A stretch of DNA of 27,377 bases. Source: Candidatus Thorarchaeota archaeon. Its GTDB lineage: Archaea > Asgardarchaeota > Thorarchaeia > Thorarchaeales > Thorarchaeaceae. Position numbers and translations under genes: made by a program. The notes beneath the pieces were generated by a model. That model saw nothing but the letters and a program-made list of their open reading frames with translations. It was not told where the DNA came from and searched no databases. The stretch is from contig JBHLRP010000045.1 of assembly GCA_048882485.1 (NCBI GenBank), forward strand, positions 1 to 27,377. Reading direction: 5' to 3'. Shown here in pieces: positions 7,922 through 17,545 of this stretch; within the stretch, counting starts at the first letter, position 1, and the number at the start of each line of letters is the position of its first letter.

Positions 7922-8668
7922 TCATCTGAAGAGGTCTTCCTCTTTTGCACGTGGAATGTCCCTAGCTGTTTCAAGTCCTCTATTGTATTTGTACCCTCTC
8001 ACTACGACAATTGGCATTCCTTCGTCTGCTTGTCCCATCAAGGGTTCTGCTGCTGAAGCTATCTCGTCAATCTGACAGACAGTAGACCTTTGCATTGGCT
8101 TCCCATAGAGATCTAGCTTTCCTTTGTTATGTTTGAACGCATTTATGCCAGCACATCCGAGAGCAATATTGATTGAGCCTTCTCTCCAAGGTCTGCCCTG
8201 TGTGTCAGTTATGATGACCGCCAGTTCGAAACCTGTTTGCTCCTCAAGATTCATCAGAATTATAGCAGCACTTGCATCAGGGTCTTTTGGCAACAAGATG
8301 AAGCTATCTGGAGGCGCATTTGATTTGTCTACTCCGCTAAAGTTGCAAATAAGGCCTGAATTGGTTTCAGTAATCAACACACCCTGGTTCCTTAAGACAA
8401 CTCGGCTCTCTCTCAATGCCAGTTCGACTTGAACAGGATCGAAGCCATTAGATTCCGCAATCTCCTCTGCTCTATCAGAAATTCGCACTGAATCACGATG
8501 TACGATTCTGCCTTCCAGCTTTGAAACAATAGAATGAGCTATGACGAGAATATCTCTCGGCTTTAATGAAAGCTTGGATTTGCCTAGGCATTCCAAGATC
8601 ACAGAGGCTAGATTCATTCCTCTCTCAATCTCAGGGATGCCCGGGATGCTAAATAGCTGGATTCCCAC
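7922..8668 (-). CDS. cofE: Coenzyme F420-0:L-glutamate ligase
   Basis: IPGIPEIERG, DILVIAHSIVSKLEGR, GVDKSN, LLPKDPDASA, IITDTQGRPWREG, DEIASAA, KEEDLFR. Start placed at GTG 8668. Confidence 0.93.
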   Translation of the reverse strand: MGIQLFSIPGIPEIERGMNLASVILECLGKSKLSLKPRDILVIAHSIVSKLEGRIVHRDSVRISDRAEEIAESNGFDPVQVELALRESRVVLRNQGVLITETNSGLICNFSGVDKSNAPPDSFILLPKDPDASAAIILMNLEEQTGFELAVIITDTQGRPWREGSINIALGCAGINAFKHNKGKLDLYGKPMQRSTVCQIDEIASAAEPLMGQADEGMPIVVVRGYKYNRGLETARDIPRAKEEDLFR

Positions 8669-8912
8669 TTTTTGCAACCTCTTACATCTCAAAAACCCAT
8701 TGGGCATGGTGGGCGAAAAATCTACCCTAAGCTGACATACTCTGGCCTAGACTTCTCCTAGAAGGGTATTATGACGGGAAAACAATAAATGGGATATAGA
8801 GGAACTCCTGAGAGACAAGAAACACCGTATTGTGCCTTATCTGGGGTTATAAGTCGGTAAGGGAATGTTAAACCAGTATGCTTGAGCACAGCTTTCAACG
8901 GAGCGAATTGCC

Positions 8913-10964
8913 ATGAGTTCAAAGAAGAAGAAATACAAAAAGGCGAAGAAGAAATCTGCCCCTCGAAAAAAGACTACTCCGGATTCAGTCGTTGCTGGAG
9001 CGGGAGCAGGGGATATTCGCCAAGGTACCATTGCCAAGTTCATGCGGAAAAGAACTCAGTTAGTGGGCTTTGAAACTGGCTTAAACAAGCATACCCAATT
9101 TGCAATCGAGTTCCTAGATAACGCAATTGACGCAGTGGAAAGCTGGTGGTGGAAGACTGGCAGACATCCACGACTTGATGATCAATTGGATCCCAAGTAT
9201 ATCGAAGAGATCCGAGCAAAGCTTGAGGGGACCCTTCATGACTCAATTGCCCTTAGTAAGAAGCTTGAGAAGGATGTACGAGAGGGCAAAGAAGTTGAAA
9301 TTCCGCCAAGACGGAGAGAAACTCTGCAGGACCGCCTTACAAACTTCAGGAAGTTTGTGGTTCCGTTTCGAGGCATGATTAACAGACGAGAGCCCCTGTG
9401 TGTCATTCAACTTACTGAGGTTCAGATGCCTGACCTAGTCCCGCTTGATGATGAAGAGGGGTTCAAAGTCTACGAATTCATATGCTTTGATAATGGAGTA
9501 GGCATGGTTCCTTCAGATTTGGAGAAGTTTGGAATCTACCTCGCTTCAAGCAAGTCCGAAAAACTAAGGCAGACACGAGGCAGTCAGGGATTTGGTGCTC
9601 CTTCTGCCTTTAGCGACGCTCAGAATACAACCGGTAAGCCCATATTCACTATATCGAAGCGGTTCAACACCAAAGAGGCCACTGTCACCGACTTCTATAC
9701 AACTACTGCAAACACAAAGGAATATGTAAGTGGCCCAATCGACATGGAGCTTCCGTTTGAGCATGGGACCTATATCAAACTCAACTATCTGAATATCCAG
9801 TATCGGCGTGGATATGCTGATACCTACTGTGAGATGGCATCATTGCTCAACTCTCACGTGACCATTGTTTTCATCGATCCCTACGGGGCAGTACACATCT
9901 ATCCAAGAAGAGTGAGGGAATTTCCTGCTGAGCCGAAGTACGCTCAGCCTCATCCGGCAAGCATTCGTATTGGTGAGTTTCAAGACCTACTTCGAGAATC
10001 TCCAGAGCCAGATTTGCGAAGCTTCCTAACCAAAGCCTTTGTGAGGTTGAGTGGAAACAAGGCAAAGACCATCATCGGGAATGCAAACAAGGAATTGCGT
10101 AGGCGACATCAGGATACACTTAGCCCTAAGACCCCCACAGATTCGCTCTCAAAGATGGAGATAGAACTGCTCTACAAGGCATTCTCTGGAGAGGACTATA
10201 TAGCACCACCAACAGACACAGTAGTCCCAGTTGGAGAAGAGGTATTTGAGCAGACTATCCACATGGCCTATGAGCCAGACTTCGCTACAGCAGTTACGAG
10301 AAAACCTACTTCTGGAAAAGGCCTCTCTTTTGCTGTTGAGGTGTGTATTGCGTATGGAGGGAATATCAAACCCGCAACTTCTGCCCCAATGGTTCTGTGG
10401 CGGTTTGTGAACCGTGTTCCAAAGCTCAGGGACAACAGTGACTGCGCAACTTGGAAGGCAACAACCTCGGTTAATTGGAAGAATTACAAGGTGCAGACCT
10501 TTGACAATGGCATTCCCCGAGGACCCATTATGGTGTTTATTCATGTGGCTGGAGCATACGTTCACGTGATGTTCAAGGGACAGAGCAAGCAAGCACTGGC
10601 AGAAGATGAGGTGCTGCTACGTGAGATTAAGTTGGCTCTCGAAGATGCAGGTAGAAGATTTAGACGCTTCATTACAAGACGTGAAACAGCCAAGCGAAAG
10701 GCAAAGCGTGCAGGAATTCTTGCTATGTATGCTGACCAGTTCTCACAGAGTCTCGCTACAATCGCAAATGATGGAAGGAAGAAACCATTGTTTGATGCTG
10801 AGGTTGTTGCAAGGAAGATCCGTGACTCAATCACCGGATTTGAAACTGCAGATGACCAAGAAGAAACTGAAACAGATGCAAGAGGTACTGACCTCGTTGC
10901 TGATGTCCCACTTGGGGATGGCGATGAAGACTTCGCTGAAGTATCAGTGGATGGTGGCGATTAA
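8913..10964 (+). CDS. top6B: DNA topoisomerase VI subunit B
   Basis: GHKL motifs EFLDNAIDA, DNGVG, SSK...QTRGSQGFG and HGT; QPHP; H2TH region; transducer RFVNRVP and FKGQSKQA. Confidence 0.95.
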   Translation: MSSKKKKYKKAKKKSAPRKKTTPDSVVAGAGAGDIRQGTIAKFMRKRTQLVGFETGLNKHTQFAIEFLDNAIDAVESWWWKTGRHPRLDDQLDPKYIEEIRAKLEGTLHDSIALSKKLEKDVREGKEVEIPPRRRETLQDRLTNFRKFVVPFRGMINRREPLCVIQLTEVQMPDLVPLDDEEGFKVYEFICFDNGVGMVPSDLEKFGIYLASSKSEKLRQTRGSQGFGAPSAFSDAQNTTGKPIFTISKRFNTKEATVTDFYTTTANTKEYVSGPIDMELPFEHGTYIKLNYLNIQYRRGYADTYCEMASLLNSHVTIVFIDPYGAVHIYPRRVREFPAEPKYAQPHPASIRIGEFQDLLRESPEPDLRSFLTKAFVRLSGNKAKTIIGNANKELRRRHQDTLSPKTPTDSLSKMEIELLYKAFSGEDYIAPPTDTVVPVGEEVFEQTIHMAYEPDFATAVTRKPTSGKGLSFAVEVCIAYGGNIKPATSAPMVLWRFVNRVPKLRDNSDCATWKATTSVNWKNYKVQTFDNGIPRGPIMVFIHVAGAYVHVMFKGQSKQALAEDEVLLREIKLALEDAGRRFRRFITRRETAKRKAKRAGILAMYADQFSQSLATIANDGRKKPLFDAEVVARKIRDSITGFETADDQEETETDARGTDLVADVPLGDGDEDFAEVSVDGGD

Positions 10965-13117
10965 TGGCTCGTAAGAAGAAGTCCGAGAAGACTGAGACCG
11001 TCCAAGAAACCCTTGGAAACCTCATCGAAACCAAGAAGAAGCCAAAAAAGAAGACCACGAAGAAAGCAACCTCCAAAGAATCCAAAAAGCCTACAAAAGC
11101 AGCCGCTAAACCAAAAACCAAGACCAAACGGAAGATGCCTACTTCCAAGAAGGAGAAGCCATCCGAGACACCTGCAAAGAAACCTGCCGAAAAACCAGCT
11201 GCTGATGTAGCTTCCGAAATATCTGGACCATCATTGAGGCTCTTGCCTGGTGTAGGTCAGAAATTGGAAGAGAAGCTCAAAGCCGCAAAGTATGACACAG
11301 TTGAGAAGATATCCAGGTCTCGGTCAAAGAGCATGGCAAGTAGGGTCGATGGTCTTAGCTTGTCAGGCGCCAAGAAACTGATAGATGCGGCAAAAGAATT
11401 GCTTAAAGGTGAAACAAAGGGTGTCACGATTGTGAAACCTTCGGCTTCTGAGGCAGATGTGGTTGATGACAGTCCAGAAACTAGACTCAAGCTAACTGAT
11501 TTGCCGGGAGTTGGTGGAAAGCTCGCCAAAGAACTTGAACGTTCCGGCTACAATACAGTGGCAAGATTGTCACGTTCTAGGCCAAGCTCAGTAGCCAAAG
11601 TCGTTGACGGGCTAAGTCTAAAGAGGGCAACAACCCTTGTTGATACTGCTATTGAACTCATACGCGAAGCAGAGATGATTGCTATCTCTGAAACCATAGC
11701 TCCAAAGCCTGCTCCAATAGATGAGCCAAAGAAGCTAGAGGAACCGCCAGAGGTAAAACCTGAGAAGAAGGATGAAACAAAACCTGAGAAGAAGGAACCA
11801 CCAAAGGAAGCTCCAAAAAAGCCTACGAAACCGAAAAAGCCCATAAAGCCTGAAAAGGAACCAGAAATCGATGTCCCTAAAAAGACAAAAGCGAAGAAGA
11901 AGAAGTCTGGTCTCCCCGTTCCCGATTCAGTAAAGGCCCTTGAAAAAGAAATGAAACGGAAGTGGAAGGCGGCTGAGAAACGCAAGCTCGCAATTGAGGC
12001 AGGAGAGCTTCCAGAGGAAGAGATTGAACCTCTGAAAGAAACTGTGGAGGTTGTTGGTCTCACTTCTAATCAAACACAAGACACACTCGTGGATGTCGCA
12101 ATGGAAGTCCTTAATGAGGCCATGTTAACTGGACGACCAGCTTTTGAGATTCCTAGCAGATCAAGTGACAATATCGTCTGGGATGAAATCAGAGACCTGC
12201 TTCTACTGGGGATGAAGACAGTTGCTCGACCCTACCATTCTCTTGCTTCAGTGGTAGATGCCACCAGAACTGCAAGGGTCATGGAGATAGTCTTCCAACT
12301 CCTGAAGTCCAATCTGCATGCGACTAAACGAGAGGTCTTCTACAGTGATGTTAATTTGTTTCGTGAGCAAAAGAGGAGCGACAAGATTGTCGAGGACGTA
12401 GCTTCTATGCTACACACGACGCGTGACAGCATTCATGTGGTTGCTTCAGCTCGAGGTTCTGCGATGGGAAGAGTTGTGATTCGTGATGGTGGAGACACCA
12501 TTGATCTAACTCGAATGGGAACCGGCGGTTGGGCAATCACTCCCTTCTTGGATCAAGTTGAGATTTTAGAGAGCGATGCCGAGTTCATACTGCTCTCTGA
12601 GAAAGATGCAGCAGTTATGCGATTGGCAGAGGCAAAGTATTGGAATAGGCAGCCATGCATAGTCTTGACAGGAAAAGGCTCAGGTGACATTGCGACTCGT
12701 GCCTTCCTACGCATGCTAGTGAAGGAGCTCGAGATTCCTGCGTTCGCGCTAGTAGACTCAGATCCTTATGGGCATTACATATACTCCGTCTTCTTGCGAG
12801 GTAGCAAGAGACTCAGCTATGAGTCTCCCTTCATTGCTACTCCTGAGTTAAAGCTTCTAGGCGTCCTGAGTCGTGATCTTGAGGAATATAACATTCCAAA
12901 ATCTGTTCGGATACCAATGGAGCCAACTGACATCAAACGTGTCAGGGACATGCTCAACGAACCATTCGTGCAAGCCAACAAGGCATGGGTGAAAGACCTG
13001 AGACTGATGTTGAAGCTTAAGGAGAAGGCAGAGATTCAGGCATTCGCAAGCCACAGCTTTGAATACCTCACTGATGACTATTTGCCTCGCAAGCTAGAAA
13101 CAGGGGATTGGATTTAA
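10964..13117 (+). CDS. top6A: DNA topoisomerase VI subunit A (Spo11 family) with a long N-terminal HhH/Lys-rich extension
   Basis: The C-terminal ~355 aa carry the catalytic Tyr motif TKREVFY, Toprim EKDA and DSDPYG, and KAEIQA. TAATG stop/start overlap with top6B. Confidence 0.95.
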   Translation: MARKKKSEKTETVQETLGNLIETKKKPKKKTTKKATSKESKKPTKAAAKPKTKTKRKMPTSKKEKPSETPAKKPAEKPAADVASEISGPSLRLLPGVGQKLEEKLKAAKYDTVEKISRSRSKSMASRVDGLSLSGAKKLIDAAKELLKGETKGVTIVKPSASEADVVDDSPETRLKLTDLPGVGGKLAKELERSGYNTVARLSRSRPSSVAKVVDGLSLKRATTLVDTAIELIREAEMIAISETIAPKPAPIDEPKKLEEPPEVKPEKKDETKPEKKEPPKEAPKKPTKPKKPIKPEKEPEIDVPKKTKAKKKKSGLPVPDSVKALEKEMKRKWKAAEKRKLAIEAGELPEEEIEPLKETVEVVGLTSNQTQDTLVDVAMEVLNEAMLTGRPAFEIPSRSSDNIVWDEIRDLLLLGMKTVARPYHSLASVVDATRTARVMEIVFQLLKSNLHATKREVFYSDVNLFREQKRSDKIVEDVASMLHTTRDSIHVVASARGSAMGRVVIRDGGDTIDLTRMGTGGWAITPFLDQVEILESDAEFILLSEKDAAVMRLAEAKYWNRQPCIVLTGKGSGDIATRAFLRMLVKELEIPAFALVDSDPYGHYIYSVFLRGSKRLSYESPFIATPELKLLGVLSRDLEEYNIPKSVRIPMEPTDIKRVRDMLNEPFVQANKAWVKDLRLMLKLKEKAEIQAFASHSFEYLTDDYLPRKLETGDWI

Positions 13118-13192
13118 TCTCTAGCCTAATCATTAGTTCCCATTTGAAAAAAGGCATAAGGGATAATATCATGTTCAATCCACATCACTATA

Positions 13193-14125
13193 GTGAATTA
13201 TGGAGGAATTCAGTTGGTTGTGTCAGACCTCGGCATTGAAGTCATAGATGGCCATGCTCATTTCATCACTTACAAGACAGTTAAGGAGTGGTTCTCAGAT
13301 CCGGAGGTTCTGGAGAGGGCTAGACAACGAGTCAGCTTTCAGACCGATATGCGGGAGTTCATCCTGCCCGACGAACCTTGGGACACTGGAGAGATGTGGA
13401 TTAAGGAGCTTGATAAATACGGAATATCCGCTATAGGAATGATGATTGGCCCGGAGAGCTGGGATGAATTTCTTACTACACGGAAGAAGTATCCTGGTCG
13501 ATTCATGGGATACGCAAACGTCAATCCAGCTTTAGAGGACGCAGTTGAAACCGTGAAGCGTGCGGGTAGAGATGGTTTCCAAGGAATCAAGTTATACCCC
13601 AGTTCATGGGACTTCCATGTTTATGATGATTGTGTATATCCAATTTACGAGGAAGCACTTCGCCAAAAACTCCTAGTGATACTTCACTTTGGCATCACGA
13701 TAGGCAACCAAGCAAATCTTCGATATGGTAATCCACTTGATATTCAGAAACCGGCACAAGACTTTCCTGACCTCAACTTCATGATTGCTCATTTTGGAGC
13801 TGGCTTCTTTCGAGAGGTTTTGATGTTATTCTACCAGACGCATAATGTAGTTGTGGACTCAAGTGGCAGCAACATGTGGATGACCTATCTTCCGTATGAT
13901 TTGACTATAACAAAGATTTACGAAAAGGCGATGAAGGCCGGAGGGTCTTGCAGAATTGTCTTTGGAACTGACTCTTCGTTCTTCCCTAGAGGATTTCGTT
14001 ACAACATCTTGGAGGAGCAGTATAACGCAGTCAAGTCCCTCTGTCCCCAACTATGTTACACAGAAGAAGATGTGGATTTGATATTTCGCGGAAACATATT
14101 GCGACTTACAGGCTTCAAACCATAG
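13193..14125 (+). CDS. Amidohydrolase family protein (Amidohydro_2-like TIM barrel)
   Basis: IDGHAH, GIKLYP, ILHFG, IAHFG, VFGTDS. The true start may be GTG 13220. Confidence 0.88.
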   Translation: MNYGGIQLVVSDLGIEVIDGHAHFITYKTVKEWFSDPEVLERARQRVSFQTDMREFILPDEPWDTGEMWIKELDKYGISAIGMMIGPESWDEFLTTRKKYPGRFMGYANVNPALEDAVETVKRAGRDGFQGIKLYPSSWDFHVYDDCVYPIYEEALRQKLLVILHFGITIGNQANLRYGNPLDIQKPAQDFPDLNFMIAHFGAGFFREVLMLFYQTHNVVVDSSGSNMWMTYLPYDLTITKIYEKAMKAGGSCRIVFGTDSSFFPRGFRYNILEEQYNAVKSLCPQLCYTEEDVDLIFRGNILRLTGFKP

Positions 14126-15358
14126 CTAGGCCTTTCTAATCTTCTTGTCTAGACTCTTGAGCTTCTTGGGGTCCTCACCCTCTCGATATCTTTGCGCAGC
14201 TTCTTGATATTTGGTGAGTGCCTTTCGTGTCTGACCAGCCTTTGCCAGTGCATCCCCTTCGTCTTCGAGGATCTTTCCCCACTCGACATAGCAGTCACGA
14301 ACCTTTTCCGAACACTTCGCTCTTTTCTTGGCATCTGTTGAAAACATGTATAATTCTCTAGCTTTCCGGAATTGAACAATCGCCCATTCAAACTCATTTG
14401 CCTTTCTGTGATTCTCAGCCTGTTCAAAGTGATCATTGGCCATTGCGTCATACCCCTCGTCTATCATCCTAGTGGCATCTGCAATAGCTTTCTCATTGGC
14501 AGCTCTCTCAAAGAGCTTCTTAGCCATCTCAAATGTTTCAATTGCCGGTTCGAACTCTTTGGCTTCCAGTTTCCTGAATCCGTCTTCCATTCTTGCTTTT
14601 CCCATCGCCTCATAGACATAGCCAGGATATTCGAACCCATCACCAGATATAGAAAAGCCGCAGCTGGGACACTCTGGTGTATCAAGCTCAGGCATTGGAG
14701 TCGTTACTGCAATTTTCTTGGGTGTTCCAACAACCGTATCAATAAAATCCTTTGAGGTTACACCTCTCCCACCGGGGAACAGGTGAGTCACGGCATCCCT
14801 CGTGGGGTCGTCTTTGCCTTCTGGAAACAGATGGTCGAAGACCTCTACCGGGTGGACTTCTATCTCTTCGGCTATGACTCGAGGTGGTGAAACTTCTTTG
14901 AATGGCATTCCTACCTTTATCTCGGGATCTATTCCCTCAACTTCCCAACTCAAATCAGAGCTGCTTCCTGCAGTTGTTTCAGGTGCACCCCCAAGATCTG
15001 GCTCTGGCGCAGCTACTTCTTCGGTGGTTGATTGAACAAGCTTTTCATCAACCTCCCATGACAGATCTTCTTCCGGGGATGTGGGTGCCGCTGATGGCGG
15101 TGCTTCTTCTGCTACAAGTTCATCAACATCTGGGAGTTCCGTGTCTGGCAAGATTTCTAGCTCTGCGGGAGGTTCACCGAGGTCTGGAACATCATCAAGT
15201 TCAGAAACCTCTGGTAGAACATCATCGCTAGCTTCTGAGGTCGTTGGTACATGTCCATTTGGTAGTCTATTCCCACACCCCATGCAAAAGGTGGAGCCCC
15301 TACGACTGCGTTTTCCACATTCCGGACATTCGACACTTCCTTCCATGTTTCTACCCAC
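14126..15358 (-). CDS. Zinc-ribbon / acidic disordered linker / TPR (SNAP-like) helical repeat protein
   Basis: CPECG...CMGCG, an E/D/P-rich linker, CPSCG, then repeats AIETFEMAKKLF, AIVQFRKARELY and ALTKYQEAAQRY. Confidence 0.75.
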   Translation of the reverse strand: MGRNMEGSVECPECGKRSRRGSTFCMGCGNRLPNGHVPTTSEASDDVLPEVSELDDVPDLGEPPAELEILPDTELPDVDELVAEEAPPSAAPTSPEEDLSWEVDEKLVQSTTEEVAAPEPDLGGAPETTAGSSSDLSWEVEGIDPEIKVGMPFKEVSPPRVIAEEIEVHPVEVFDHLFPEGKDDPTRDAVTHLFPGGRGVTSKDFIDTVVGTPKKIAVTTPMPELDTPECPSCGFSISGDGFEYPGYVYEAMGKARMEDGFRKLEAKEFEPAIETFEMAKKLFERAANEKAIADATRMIDEGYDAMANDHFEQAENHRKANEFEWAIVQFRKARELYMFSTDAKKRAKCSEKVRDCYVEWGKILEDEGDALAKAGQTRKALTKYQEAAQRYREGEDPKKLKSLDKKIRKA

Positions 15359-15446
15359 TGAGTCTTTATCCCACAGATTTACGCGGTCAAGTCTACTTAG
15401 ACACTGTTGGGGTATCGCCAGTCCATATGAACAATTTTCGTACGGG

Positions 15447-16082
15447 TCAGGGCAAAACGTACAAGAGCCAATAAGTCGGCACTGTTATCAATATTCCAAG
15501 CAAGACACCTGCTATGGCCTGAGCCAAGCTGTGCTGTTTGAGGACCGTTCGAGACCAGATGACTGCACTCCACAGAATGATTATAGGCCACGCAATCCAT
15601 CCATACACAATAAGAAGAGCGGTCCCAGGGCCTCCAACTCCTGCCCCATGTACAGACACCTTGGTCTTGAGAGTAGCAATCATAACTCCGGATGTAACGG
15701 TGAAATACGCAGCTGATAACACTGCGAGAATGAAACAATGGGCAAGCGAGAAGATAATGTATACTATACCGTAGCATAACAGTGAGAAAGCAAAGAACTT
15801 AGCTCTATTCTCTCGTAAGGAAACGTCAAGGTCAATATGTCCACGCCATGCAGAGAGAATGATTGGAATAATTGGAAGAATAACCATGCCAAGGATGAGA
15901 ATAAGAAGGGCACTAGCTGGATTGAGTATCGGTCCAAGACCAATTGGAGACGCAAACACCATGATCAACCCGACGTAAAGGTTAATGAGGGGTGCAGGCG
16001 TGAGTCTCGATACTATTCTTGCAATCTGAATGCCAGCTCCAGTGATGTCGAGGCTCTCATCGTTGTATTTCAGCGTACTCAT
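15447..16082 (-). CDS. PAP2-like membrane protein
   Basis: Multi-TM protein with KVSVHG and WSRTVLKQHS motifs (PAP2 C2/C3-like SxH and SRxxxxxH). Confidence 0.7.
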   Translation of the reverse strand: MSTLKYNDESLDITGAGIQIARIVSRLTPAPLINLYVGLIMVFASPIGLGPILNPASALLILILGMVILPIIPIILSAWRGHIDLDVSLRENRAKFFAFSLLCYGIVYIIFSLAHCFILAVLSAAYFTVTSGVMIATLKTKVSVHGAGVGGPGTALLIVYGWIAWPIIILWSAVIWSRTVLKQHSLAQAIAGVLLGILITVPTYWLLYVLP

Positions 16083-16239
16083 CGATGAAATTCAGCTCAA
16101 TAATCGCAATCTTCAATGTTTTCATCTATCGACTACCGTATTACAAATGGTAGGGGGCGTCACGACAACCCTTATTTTCTCCTAGCAACAGGATTTGACA
16201 TTAAGGGATACTGAGAAACTCCTTTGGATGGTAAGAACT

Positions 16240-16548
16240 ATGACAGCTGTTCCAAAACGCGAAGTCTTCGAACGCATTATCCAAAATATTACAAGTAAAT
16301 TCCCAGATGTCTATGCGGCTCTGTTTATCAGTCCTGAGGGATTTCCAATCAACTCGTGGGGAGTTTCTCTAGAGCGAGCTGAAGAGATATCCGCATTATT
16401 GAGTGCACTCATTGGCAAGACCAAAGAGATTATCCGTCAAGTGAAGCAAGGCGGCGAAATGCAGTTTATTCAGATTCAATCAACTTTGGGTGGAATTCGC
16501 ATAGCCCCGATGGAAGAGTTCATTCTAGTCACTATGACTAGGTCATAA
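16240..16548 (+). CDS. Roadblock/LC7 (MglB/LAMTOR-like) domain protein
   Basis: About 100 aa: PDVYAALFISPEGFPINS, EEISALLSALIG, then IQIQSTLGGIRIAP strands. Start placed at ATG 16240. Confidence 0.85.
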   Translation: MTAVPKREVFERIIQNITSKFPDVYAALFISPEGFPINSWGVSLERAEEISALLSALIGKTKEIIRQVKQGGEMQFIQIQSTLGGIRIAPMEEFILVTMTRS

Positions 16549-16571
16549 TCAGAGTACAATGTTACTCTGAT
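16548..16571. promoter_or_regulatory. Perfect 9-bp inverted repeat (operator or terminator hairpin) upstream of the ABC operon
   Basis: ATCAGAGTA-caatgt-TACTCTGAT, followed by AT-rich TTAATTAATAAG at about 16579-16590. Confidence 0.45.
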
Positions 16572-16618
16572 GAAGAAGTTAATTAATAAGCGGATATCTT
16601 GCTTACCTGTGCACGCCC

Positions 16619-17545
16619 ATGTCTATAGAATCTTTCAAGATATCAGATTTATCAAAATTCTATGGTCCGACTCTTGCGTTGGACAAAGTCACTATTACAG
16701 CTCCTAAGAAAGCAGTAGGTTTGCTTGGCCCAAATGGCGCTGGGAAGACCACACTTATTCGCATTTTGATGGGGATAATTCGGCACTCTTCAGGCTCAGG
16801 AACTGTTTTAGGATATGACTTCTGTGACTCAATCCAGGATATCAGGGACCACGTTGGATATTCCCCGGAATTCACGCCGATGATTCCTGATGTAAGTGCC
16901 ATGAAGTATGTTACCTTCATGGGGAAGCTATCAGGTCTTGCTGCTGTGGAGGCTGCGCAGCGAGCTCATGATACTTTGCATTATGTTGGCTTGGCTGAAG
17001 AGCGCTATCGCCCACTGCGCGAATTCAGCACTGGTATGATGCAAAAGTGCAAGCTGGCAGCGGCACTGGTTCATGATCCTGATTTGGTCATTCTGGACGA
17101 ACCTACCGATGGACTTGATCCAAATGGTCGGCAGCAAATGCTGGACTTGATTGAACGATTGTATAAGGATGAAGGTAAGAGCCTGATAGTTTCATCTCAT
17201 CTGCTGTTTGATGTTGAGAAAGTATGCGATTGGGTTATGGTCTTAGGAAGAGGACAACTCATAACGAGTGGAAGCATGAGTGAACTGCTCGCAGACACAT
17301 CTGGGGCGCTTCGTCTGAAGATCACGGGCGATGCTACAGCCTTTTCGCGTAAGCTCACCTCCAGAGGGCTAGAGGTCGAAGTTGATGGTCCGTTCTTGGA
17401 TGTCAAAAGGGATAATGGCACTGAGATGGCCGTTCTCGAAGAAGTCAACAGAGATTCCCAGGTAAGCCTACGATATATGGGAAGTAGGACAAGAACGCTT
17501 GAAGATGTATTCATCTCTATTGTAGAGGGGAGGGAGCTTGGATGA
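16619..17545 (+). CDS. ABC-2-type transporter ATP-binding protein
   Basis: GPNGAGKT, FSTGM signature, ILDEPT, SSH. Confidence 0.93.
   Translation: MSIESFKISDLSKFYGPTLALDKVTITAPKKAVGLLGPNGAGKTTLIRILMGIIRHSSGSGTVLGYDFCDSIQDIRDHVGYSPEFTPMIPDVSAMKYVTFMGKLSGLAAVEAAQRAHDTLHYVGLAEERYRPLREFSTGMMQKCKLAAALVHDPDLVILDEPTDGLDPNGRQQMLDLIERLYKDEGKSLIVSSHLLFDVEKVCDWVMVLGRGQLITSGSMSELLADTSGALRLKITGDATAFSRKLTSRGLEVEVDGPFLDVKRDNGTEMAVLEEVNRDSQVSLRYMGSRTRTLEDVFISIVEGRELG

Noticed and set aside
11013-12063. Alternative-frame and antisense ORFs with Phe/Ser/Gly-rich composition
   Set aside because: Shadows of the Lys/Pro/Glu low-complexity region of top6A.
14372-15777. Several overlapping ORFs, e.g. 15081-15716 (+)
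   Set aside because: They overlap better-supported minus-strand genes and carry no motifs.
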